The translations under genes and the position numbers were made by a program. A DNA stretch of 32,000 nt from NCBI GenBank assembly GCA_045568075.1, contig JBJLBP010000001.1:1050001-1082000 (forward strand), given 5' to 3'. The first letter of the stretch is position 1. Every line of letters begins with the position of its first letter. This DNA comes from Candidatus Thalassarchaeaceae archaeon. Its GTDB lineage: Archaea; Thermoplasmatota; Poseidoniia; Poseidoniales; Thalassarchaeaceae. Below the pieces are notes generated by a model. That model was not told the DNA's origin. It was given only the letters and a program-made list of their open reading frames with translations, and searched no databases. Positions 8,086 through 16,057 of this stretch are shown piece by piece.

Positions 8086-8325
8086 CTATCCGATCCAGTA
8101 GTTCGCTACAGTGCTGTCAGCTGGAGGACTGGCGTCCATGGTGAACCATCGCCGACTAGTGCACTGGCATCCTTCTGTTGCATCATTCGTGTTGACAACA
8201 GTTAGAGTGAACGTGTCAGTCACTGATCCGGCTGTAGTAGCGTCATCAGTTGCAGTTACAACCACAGTGTAGACACCAACATCTGCATTGACTGGAGTTC
8301 CTGAAATCACACCAGCTGAAGACAT
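8086..8325 (-). CDS. fragment of giant adhesin: He_PIG / dystroglycan-type cadherin-like Ig domain
   Basis: SSAGVISGTPVNADVGVYTVVVTATDDATTAGSVTDTFTLTVVNTNDA is the C-terminal two-thirds of a He_PIG-type domain. Its first third (DGMTYSATGLP) lies in the preceding ORF in another frame, and the coding frame really extends up to about 8340 (ATLTMSSAGVISGTP). After NTNDA the translation turns implausible (TEGCQCTSRRWF) and ends in a TAG-TAG double stop (8083..8088). Confidence 0.7.
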   Translation of the reverse strand: MSSAGVISGTPVNADVGVYTVVVTATDDATTAGSVTDTFTLTVVNTNDATEGCQCTSRRWFTMDASPPADSTVANYWIG

Positions 8326-10792
8326 AGTCAGAGTCGCCAGGCAGACCTGTTGCGCTGTATGTCATTCCATCACCAGTATCACGATCTGCGAAGTTGCTCG
8401 AGATGTCTAGGCTGTATGCCGCGTCCTCGTCAGTGCTTGCGTCAGAGATTTCCGAAGCAACTGTTGGAGCATCGTTAGCACCGCTGACTGTGACTGTCAC
8501 AGTCATGGTGTCAGTTAGAGTCGAAGATGTATCTGTCACTGTAATTGTGAACGCATCTGAACCTGAACCATCGTGAGCAAGGGCATCCGTAGCCGCTGCA
8601 GAGTTGTCGATAGTGTATGTCCATGCACCTGCACTGTCTATTGCTAGACTTCCGTAGGTACCAGCTGCTGTGCCAATCGCGTATGTGAAGGCAGAGTCTG
8701 CATCATCGTCACTAGCTGCAACAGTTCCAGTTGCTGTGGTTGCGGTTGCATCCTCAGTAACTGCTCCTGTCTGATCTGCACCAGCACTGACTGCATCGTC
8801 AGCACCGGTTACGGTGATTGTTACAGTCATTGCATCAGTAGCGCTCGAGTCAGTCTCGGTTACTGTGATAGTGAAAGCATCTGTTGGTGTATCGCCAGCA
8901 TCAAGAGCATTTGCTGCAGTGTTGTCGATAGTGTATGTCCATGCACCTGCACTGTCTATTGCTAGACTTCCGTAGGTACCAGCTGCTGTGCCAATCGCGT
9001 ATGTGAAGGCAGAGTCTGCATCATCGTCACTAGCTGCAACAGTTCCAGTTGCTGTGGTTGCGGTAGCATCCTCAGTAACTGCTCCTGTCTGATCTGCACC
9101 AGCACTGACTGCATCGTCTGCACCGGTTACGGTGATTGTTACAGTCATTGCATCAGTAGCGCTCGAGTCAGTCTCGGTTACTGTGATAGTGAAAGCATCT
9201 GTTGGCGTATCGCCTGCGTCTAGAGCGGTTGTTGCCGCTGCAGAGTTGTCGATAGTGTATGTCCATGCACCTGCACTGTCTATTGCTAGACTTCCGTAGG
9301 TACCAGCTGCTGTGCCAATCGCGTATGTGAAGGCAGAGTCTGCATCAGCGTCACTAGCTGCAACAGTTCCAGTTGCTGTGGTTGCGGTAGCATCCTCAGT
9401 AACTGCTCCTGTCTGATCTGCACCAGCACTGACTGCATCGTCTGCACCGGTTACGGTGATTGTTACAGTCATTGCATCAGTAGCGCTCGAGTCAGTCTCG
9501 GTTACTGTGATAGTGAAAGCATCTGTTGGCGTATCGCCTGCGTCTAGAGCAGTTGTTGCCGCTGCAGAGTTGTCGATAGTGTATGTCCATGCACCTGCGC
9601 TGTCTATTGCTAGACTTCCGTAGGTACCAGCTGCTGTGCCAATCGCGTATGTGAAGGCAGAGTCTGCGTCTGCGTCACTAGCTGCAACTGTTCCAGTTGC
9701 TGTGGTTGCGGTTGCATCCTCAGTAACTGCTCCTGTCTGATCTCCACCAGCACTGACTGCATCGTCAGCACCGGTTACGGTGATTGTTACAGTCATTGCA
9801 TCAGTAGCGCTCGAGTCAGTCTCGGTTACTGTGATAGTGAAAGCATCTGTTGGCGTATCGCCTGCATCTAGAGCAGTTGTTGCCGCTGCAGAGTTGTCGA
9901 TAGTGTATGTCCATGCACCTGCACTGTCTATTGCTAGACTTCCGTAGGTACCAGCTGCTGTGCCAATCGCGTATGTGAAGGCAGAGTCTGCGTCAGCGTC
10001 ACTAGCTGCAACAGTTCCAGTTGCTGTGGTTGCGGTTGCATCCTCAGTAACTGCTCCTGTCTGATCTGCACCAGCACTGACTGCATCGTCAGCACCGGTT
10101 ACGGTGATTGTTACAGTCATTGCATCAGTAGCGCTCGAGTCAGTCTCGGTTACTGTGATAGTGAAAGCATCTGTTGGTGTATCGCCAGCGTCTAGAGCGG
10201 TTGTAGCCGCTGCAGAGTTGTCGATAGTGTATGTCCATGCACCTGCGCTGTCTATTGCTAGACTTCCGTAGGTACCAGCTGCTGTGCCAATCGCGTATGT
10301 GAAGGCAGAGTCTGCGTCTGCGTCACTAGCTGCAACAGTTCCAGTTGCTGTGGTTGCGGTAGCATCCTCAGTAACTGCTCCAGTCTGATCTGCACCAGCA
10401 CTGACTGCATCGTCAGCACCGTTGACCGTGATTGTCACAGTCATGGTGTCAGATACGGAGCTGTCAGATACTGTAATCGTAAAGGCATCTGTTGGCGCAT
10501 CACCAGCATCTAGAGCGGTTGTAGCCGCTGCAGAGTTGTCGATAGTGTATGTCCATGCCCTGCGCCGCTCATTGCCAGGCACCGTATGTTCCAGCAGCTG
10601 TGCCAATCGTGTAGGATAGTGTATCGGAAGTATCCGCATCCGTTGCCGCAACAGTACCAGTGGCGGTGGTAGTGGACGCGTCCTCAGTAACAGATCCGGT
10701 CTGATCTGCGCCTGCACTAGGTGCGTCGTTGGCGTCAGTGATTGAGATTGTGATCTCTGCAACGTCTGATGAAGATGCATCATAGGCGACAA
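8246..10792 (-). CDS. fragment of giant adhesin: 7 VCBS-like repeats
   Basis: 848-aa track ORF. The first ~75 residues (MSPMMHLHQ...GNERRR) are an off-frame read of the preceding unit. From AWTYTIDN onward it is 7 units of GADDAVSAGADQTGAVTEDATATTATGTVAASDADADSAFTYAIGTAAGTYGSLAIDSAGAWTYTIDNSAAATTALDAGDTPTDAFTITVTETDSSATDAMTVTITVT. This fits the VCBS pattern GTYGxLxIxxxGxWTYTxDN...DxFTxxVxD...TVTITVTGxxDA. The tail after GLPGDSDY is off-frame (FSWCDFRNSSQCRCWC). Confidence 0.85.
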   Translation of the reverse strand: MSPMMHLHQTLQRSQSQSLTPTTHLVQAQIRPDLLLRTRPLPPPLVLLRQRMRILPIHYPTRLAQLLEHTVPGNERRRAWTYTIDNSAAATTALDAGDAPTDAFTITVSDSSVSDTMTVTITVNGADDAVSAGADQTGAVTEDATATTATGTVAASDADADSAFTYAIGTAAGTYGSLAIDSAGAWTYTIDNSAAATTALDAGDTPTDAFTITVTETDSSATDAMTVTITVTGADDAVSAGADQTGAVTEDATATTATGTVAASDADADSAFTYAIGTAAGTYGSLAIDSAGAWTYTIDNSAAATTALDAGDTPTDAFTITVTETDSSATDAMTVTITVTGADDAVSAGGDQTGAVTEDATATTATGTVAASDADADSAFTYAIGTAAGTYGSLAIDSAGAWTYTIDNSAAATTALDAGDTPTDAFTITVTETDSSATDAMTVTITVTGADDAVSAGADQTGAVTEDATATTATGTVAASDADADSAFTYAIGTAAGTYGSLAIDSAGAWTYTIDNSAAATTALDAGDTPTDAFTITVTETDSSATDAMTVTITVTGADDAVSAGADQTGAVTEDATATTATGTVAASDDDADSAFTYAIGTAAGTYGSLAIDSAGAWTYTIDNTAANALDAGDTPTDAFTITVTETDSSATDAMTVTITVTGADDAVSAGADQTGAVTEDATATTATGTVAASDDDADSAFTYAIGTAAGTYGSLAIDSAGAWTYTIDNSAAATDALAHDGSGSDAFTITVTDTSSTLTDTMTVTVTVSGANDAPTVASEISDASTDEDAAYSLDISSNFADRDTGDGMTYSATGLPGDSDYVFSWCDFRNSSQCRCWCLHCGCNCN
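8470..10750 (-). repeat. tandem array, 7 x 324 bp (two units 318 bp), in-frame VCBS-like units
   Basis: The marker gttgtcgatagtgtatgtcc recurs at 8603, 8921, 9245, 9569, 9893, 10217 and 10535, with spacings 318, 324, 324, 324, 324, 318. Central copies differ by only a few bases. Confidence 0.9.
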
Positions 10793-13700
10793 TGGTCAGT
10801 GTGTAACTGGTCGTGGTCTCGTAATCAAGGTTGGTTGCATCTGCTATTGTGACTGCTCCGCTGGTTGCAATGGCGAAGATACCATCTCCGTTACCAGCCG
10901 AGAACAGTATTGCAGTCGGTGTAGAGTCGGTGATGGTTACAGTCATCACGGCGTCTCCGGCCGATGCGTCTTCTGCGACACTACCAGTCTGTCCGTCTAG
11001 GATGATGATTTCAGTTGCATCCGTGACTGTCACAGTGTAGGACAATGCCGAACCTGTGTTGGTACCGTCGCTGATAGTGGCCGTCATAGCGTATACGTTA
11101 GTTCCTGCTACCGATCCTGGAGTTTCATAGTCAGGTGCAGTAGAGAAAGCAATGCTGATGCTGTCACCGGATACTGCGCATGCGAATGAAGCTGCATCTG
11201 CACCACCAAGTGAACATGCGTTGACATCGCCAGAGTCGGTGTCGACTACAGTGAACGAATCCACGGCAGTAGTACCCTCAGCGACTGATGGAGTGACGTC
11301 GCCGCCAGAGTAGGTAGGCGCCTGATCGTTAACGTCAGTCACTGTGACCGCTGTAGTCTGAGCGGCTAGATCGTTAGTGCCGTCAGAGAAAGCGATAGTG
11401 ATGTCGTAGACGTTGTCGGTATCGGTGTCGGCAGGGCTCTCGTAGTTCGGAGCTGCTGCCCATACGACGGTGCAGACCTTGCCGCTGATGCTGGCGGTGA
11501 AGTCCGCTGCATCGTCTCCGCCCAGCGTGCACGTGTAGGTGCCCGAGGTGTCGGAGTCGGTGATGGTGTAGGTCTGGAAGGTCGTAGCTGCGGCCTCGGC
11601 ATGGCTGTATGTCGATGCGACAGAGACTGCTGGCGTCTGATCGTTAGTGTCAGTCACTGTGACCGCTGTAGTCTGAGCGGCTAGATCGTTAGTGCCGTCA
11701 GAGAAAGCGATAGTGATGTCGTAGACGTTGTCGGTATCGGTGTCGGCAGGGCTCTCGTAGTTTGGAGCTGCTGCCCATACGACTGTGCAGACCTTGCCAC
11801 TGATGCTGGCAGAGAAGTCTGCAGCGTCGTCTCCGCCCAGCGTGCACGTGTAGGTGCCCGAGGTGTCGGAGTCGGTGATGGTGTAGGTCTGGAAGGTCGT
11901 AGCTGCGGCCTCGGCATGGCTGTATGTCGATGCGACAGAGACGGATGGCGTCTGATCGTTAGTGTCAGTCACTGTGACCGCTGTAGTCTGAGCGGCTAGA
12001 TCGTTAGTGCCGTCAGAGAACGCGATGGTGATGTCGTAGACGTTGTCGGTATCGTCGTCAGCAGGGCTCTCGTAGTTCGGAGCTGCTGCCCATACGACTG
12101 TGCAGACCTTGCCACTGATGCTGGCAGAGAAGTCTGCAGCGTCGTCTCCGCCCAGCGTGCACGTGTAGGTGCCCGAGGTGTCGGAGTCGGTGATGGTGTA
12201 GGTCTGGAAGGTCGTAGCTGCGGCCTCGGCATGGCTGTATGTCGATGCGACAGAGACGGATGGCGTCTGATCGTTAACGTCAGTCACTGTGACCGCTGTA
12301 GTCTGAGCGGCTAGATCGTTAGTGCCGTCAGAGAAAGCGATAGTGATGTCGTAGACGTTGTCGGTATCGGTGTCAGCCGCACTATCGTAGTCAGGGTTAG
12401 CCGCCCACACGATAGTACAGACCTTGCCACTGATGCTGGCAGAGAAGTCTGCAGCGTCGTCGCCACCAAGAGTGCACGTGTATGTGCCCGAGGTGTCAGA
12501 GTCAGTGATGGTGAAGGTCTGCCATGTTGTGGAAGCAGCTTCTGCCTGGGTGTAAGTCGACGAGACAGATACGGATGGCGTCTGATCGTTAGCGTCAGTC
12601 ACTGTGACCGCTGTAGTCTGAGCGGCTAGATCGTTAGTGCCGTCAGAGAAAGCGATAGTGATGTCGTAGACGTTGTCGGTATCGGTGTCGGCAGGGCTCT
12701 CGTAGTTTGGAGCTGCTGCCCATACGACTGTGCAGACCTTGCCGCTGATGCTGGCGGTGAAGTCCGCTGCATCGTCTCCGCCCAGCGTGCACGTGTAGGT
12801 GCCCGAGGTGTCGGAGTCGGTGATGGTGTAGGTCTGGAAGGTCGTAGCTGCGGCCTCGGCATGGCTGTATGTCGATGCGACAGAGACTGCTGGCGTCTGA
12901 TCGTTAACGTCAGTCACTGTGACCGCTGTAGTCTGAGCGGCTAGATCGTTAGTGCCGTCAGAGAAAGCGATGGTGATGTCGTAGACGTTGTCGGTATCGT
13001 CGTCAGCAGGGCTCTCGTAGTTTGGAGCTGCTGCCCATACGACTGTGCAGACCTTGCCACTGATGCTGGCAGAGAAGTCTGCAGCGTCGTCTCCGCCCAG
13101 CGTGCACGTGTAGGTGCCCGAGGTGTCGGAGTCGGTGATGGTGTAGGTCTGGAAGGTCGTAGCTGCGGCCTCGGCATGGCTGTATGTCGATGCGACAGAG
13201 ACTGCTGGCGTCTGATCGTTAGCGTCAGTCACTGTGACCGCTGTAGTCTGAGCGGCTAGATCGTTAGTGCCGTCAGAGAAAGCGATAGTGATGTCGTAGA
13301 CGTTGTCGGTATCGTCGTCAGCAGGGCTCTCGTAGTTCGGAGCTGCTGCCCATACGACTGTGCAGACCTTGCCACTGATGCTGGCAGAGAAGTCTGCAGC
13401 GTCGTCTCCGCCCAGCGTGCACGTGTAGGTGCCCGAGGTGTCGGAGTCGGTGATGGTGTAGGTCTGGAAGGTCGTAGCTGCGGCCTCGGCATGGCTGTAT
13501 GTCGATGCGACAGAGACGGATGGCGTCTGATCGTTAACGTCAGTCACTGTGACCGCTGTAGTCTGAGCGGCTAGATCGTTAGTGCCGTCAGAGAAAGCGA
13601 TAGTGATGTCGTAGACGTTGTCGGTATCGGTGTCAGCCGCACTATCGTAGTCAGGGTTAGCCGCCCACACGATAGTACAGACCTTGCCACTGATGCTGGC

Positions 13701-14438
13701 AGAGAAGTCTGCAGCGTCGTCGCCACCAAGAGTGCACGTGTATGTGCCCGAGGTGTCAGAGTCAGTGATGGTGAAGGTCTGCCATGTTGTGGAAGCAGCT
13801 TCTGCCTGGGTGTAAGTCGACGAGACAGATACGGATGGCGTCTGATCGTTAGCGTCAGTCACTGTGACCGCTGTAGTCTGAGCGGCTAGATCGTTAGTGC
13901 CGTCAGAGAAAGCGATAGTGATGTCGTAGACGTTGTCGGTATCGGTGTCGGCAGGGCTCTCGTAGTTTGGAGCTGCTGCCCATACGACTGTGCAGACCTT
14001 GCCGCTGATGCTGGCGGTGAAGTCCGCTGCATCGTCTCCGCCCAGCGTGCACGTGTAGGTGCCCGAGGTGTCGGAGTCGGTGATGGTGTAGGTCTGGAAG
14101 GTCGTAGCTGCGGCCTCGGCATGGCTGTATGTCGATGCGACAGAGACTGCTGGCGTCTGATCGTTAGCGTCAGTCACTGTGACCGCTGTAGTCTGAGCGG
14201 CTAGATCGTTAGTGCCGTCAGAGAAAGCGATAGTGATGTCGTAGACGTTGTCGGTGCCAGTCGTCGGCAGGGCTCTCGTAGTTTGGAGCTGCTGCCCATA
14301 CGACTGTACAGACCTTGCCACTGATGCTGGCAGAGAAGTCTGCAGCGTCGTCTCCGCCCAGCGTGCACGTGTAGGTGCCCGAGGTGTCGGAGTCGGTGAT
14401 GGTGTAGGTCTGGAAGGTCGTAGCTGCGGCCTCGGCAT
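10569..14438 (-). CDS. fragment of giant adhesin: cadherin-like 105-aa repeats plus first VCBS-like unit
   Basis: 1289-aa track ORF. The first ~58 residues (MPRPQLRPS...ALPT) are an off-frame read. From TGTDNVYDITIAFSDG onward it is in-frame repeats of DNVYDITIAFSDGTNDLAAQTTAVTVTDxNDQTPxVSVASTYSHAEAAATTFQTYTITDSDTSGTYTCTLGGDDAADFxASISGKVCTVVWAAAPNYESPADxDT. The cadherin signature VxDxNDxxP marks each unit border. More diverged cadherin-like units and the first VCBS-like unit follow, ending prematurely at GTYGAWQ-TGA. Confidence 0.85.
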   Translation of the reverse strand: MPRPQLRPSRPTPSPTPTPRAPTRARWAETTLQTSLPASVARSVQSYGQQLQTTRALPTTGTDNVYDITIAFSDGTNDLAAQTTAVTVTDANDQTPAVSVASTYSHAEAAATTFQTYTITDSDTSGTYTCTLGGDDAADFTASISGKVCTVVWAAAPNYESPADTDTDNVYDITIAFSDGTNDLAAQTTAVTVTDANDQTPSVSVSSTYTQAEAASTTWQTFTITDSDTSGTYTCTLGGDDAADFSASISGKVCTIVWAANPDYDSAADTDTDNVYDITIAFSDGTNDLAAQTTAVTVTDVNDQTPSVSVASTYSHAEAAATTFQTYTITDSDTSGTYTCTLGGDDAADFSASISGKVCTVVWAAAPNYESPADDDTDNVYDITIAFSDGTNDLAAQTTAVTVTDANDQTPAVSVASTYSHAEAAATTFQTYTITDSDTSGTYTCTLGGDDAADFSASISGKVCTVVWAAAPNYESPADDDTDNVYDITIAFSDGTNDLAAQTTAVTVTDVNDQTPAVSVASTYSHAEAAATTFQTYTITDSDTSGTYTCTLGGDDAADFTASISGKVCTVVWAAAPNYESPADTDTDNVYDITIAFSDGTNDLAAQTTAVTVTDANDQTPSVSVSSTYTQAEAASTTWQTFTITDSDTSGTYTCTLGGDDAADFSASISGKVCTIVWAANPDYDSAADTDTDNVYDITIAFSDGTNDLAAQTTAVTVTDVNDQTPSVSVASTYSHAEAAATTFQTYTITDSDTSGTYTCTLGGDDAADFSASISGKVCTVVWAAAPNYESPADDDTDNVYDITIAFSDGTNDLAAQTTAVTVTDTNDQTPSVSVASTYSHAEAAATTFQTYTITDSDTSGTYTCTLGGDDAADFSASISGKVCTVVWAAAPNYESPADTDTDNVYDITIAFSDGTNDLAAQTTAVTVTDTNDQTPAVSVASTYSHAEAAATTFQTYTITDSDTSGTYTCTLGGDDAADFTASISGKVCTVVWAAAPNYESPADTDTDNVYDITIAFSDGTNDLAAQTTAVTVTDVNDQAPTYSGGDVTPSVAEGTTAVDSFTVVDTDSGDVNACSLGGADAASFACAVSGDSISIAFSTAPDYETPGSVAGTNVYAMTATISDGTNTGSALSYTVTVTDATEIIILDGQTGSVAEDASAGDAVMTVTITDSTPTAILFSAGNGDGIFAIATSGAVTIADATNLDYETTTSYTLTIVAYDASSSDVAEITISITDANDAPSAGADQTGSVTEDASTTTATGTVAATDADTSDTLSYTIGTAAGTYGAWQ

Positions 14439-16057
14439 GGCTGTATGTCGATGCGACAGAGACTGCTGGCGTCTGATCGTTAGTGTCAGTCACTGTGACC
14501 GCTGTAGTCTGAGCGGCTAGATCGTTAGTGCCGTCAGAGAACGCGATGGTGATGTCGTAGACGTTGTCGGTATCGTCGTCAGCAGGGCTCTCGTAGTTTG
14601 GAGCTGCTGCCCATACGACTGTGCAGACCTTGCCACTGATGCTGGCAGAGAAGTCTGCAGCGTCGTCTCCGCCCAGCGTGCACGTGTAGGTGCCCGAGGT
14701 GTCGGAGTCGGTGATGGTGTAGGTCTGGAAGGTCGTAGCTGCGGCCTCGGCATGGCTGTATGTCGATGCGACAGAGACGGATGGCGTCTGATCGTTAACG
14801 TCAGTCACTGTGACCGCTGTAGTCTGAGCGGCTAGATCGTTAGTGCCGTCAGAGAACGCGATGGTGATGTCGTAGACGTTGTTGGTGCCAGTGTCGGCAG
14901 GGCTCTCGTAGTTTGGAGCTGCTGCCCATACGACGGTGCAGACCTTGCCGCTGATGCTGGCGGTGAAGTCCGCTGCATCGTCTCCGCCCAGCGTGCACGT
15001 GTAGGTGCCCGAGGTGTCGGAGTCGGTGATGGTGTAGGTCTGGAAGGTCGTAGCTGCGGCCTCGGCATGGCTGTATGTCGATGCGACAGAGACGGATGGC
15101 GTCTGATCGTTAACGTCAGTCACTGTGACCGCTGTAGTCTGAGCGGCTAGATCGTTAGTGCCGTCAGAGAACGCGATGGTGATGTCGTAGACGTTGTCGG
15201 TATCGTCGTCAGCAGGGCTCTCGTAGTTTGGAGCTGCTGCCCATACGACTGTGCAGACCTTGCCGCTGATGCTGGCGGTGAAGTCCGCTGCGTCGTCTCC
15301 GCCCAGCGTGCACGTGTAGGTGCCCGAGGTGTCGGAGTCGGTGATGGTGTAGGTCTGGAAGGTCGTAGCTGCGGCCTCGGCATGGCTGTATGTCGATGCG
15401 ACTGAGACTGCTGGCGTCTGATCGTTAGCGTCAGTCACTGTGACCGCTGTAGTCTGAGCGGCTAGATCGTTAGTGCCGTCAGAGAACGCGATAGTGATGT
15501 CGTAGACGTTGTCGGTATCGTCGTCAGCAGGGCTCTCGTAGTTTGGAGCTGCTGCCCATACGACTGTGCAGACCTTGCCACTGATGCTGGCAGAGAAGTC
15601 TGCAGCGTCGTCTCCGCCCAGCGTGCACGTGTAGGTGCCCGAGGTGTCGGAGTCGGTGATGGTGTAGGTCTGGAAGGTCGTAGCTGCGGCCTCGGCATGG
15701 CTGTATGTCGATGCGACAGAGACGGATGGCGTCTGATCGTTAACGTCAGTCACTGTGACCGCTGTAGTCTGAGCGGCTAGATCGTTAGTGCCGTCAGAGA
15801 ACGCGATGGTGATGTCGTAGACGTTGTTGGTATCGTCGTCAGCAGGGCTCTCGTAGTTAGGAGCTGCTGCCCATACGACTGTGCAGACCTTGCCACTGAT
15901 GCTGGCAGAGAAGTCTGCAGCGTCGTCTCCGCCCAGCGTGCACGTGTAGGTGCCCGAGGTGTCGGAGTCGGTGATGGTGTAGGTCTGGAAGGTCGTAGCT
16001 GCGGCCTCGGCATGGCTGTATGTCGATGCGACAGAGACGGATGGCGTCTGATCGTTA
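11322..16057 (-). repeat. tandem array, 15 x 315 bp, in-frame cadherin-like units
   Basis: Identical landmarks (the start points of the spurious MPRPQLRPS ORFs) fall at 11602, 11917, 12232, [12547], 12862, 13177, 13492, [13807], 14122, 14438, 14753, 15068, 15383, 15698 and about 16013. The step is 315 bp except one 316-bp step caused by the extra base at 14262. Two unit subtypes exist (TFQTYTITD...NYESPAD versus TWQTFTITD...PDYDSAAD). Confidence 0.95.

Noticed and set aside
8470-16057. Regular 315/324-bp periodicity, considered as a possible CRISPR or satellite array
   Set aside because: There is no short-repeat / unique-spacer alternation. Whole units are homologous, in frame and encode folded-domain motifs (VCBS-like, cadherin-like). 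No cas genes or leader are present.
8470-16057. Diversity-generating retroelement (template/variable repeat pair) as the source of repeat variants
   Set aside because: No reverse transcriptase gene is in the window. Differences between units are not adenine-specific, and they are few and scattered.
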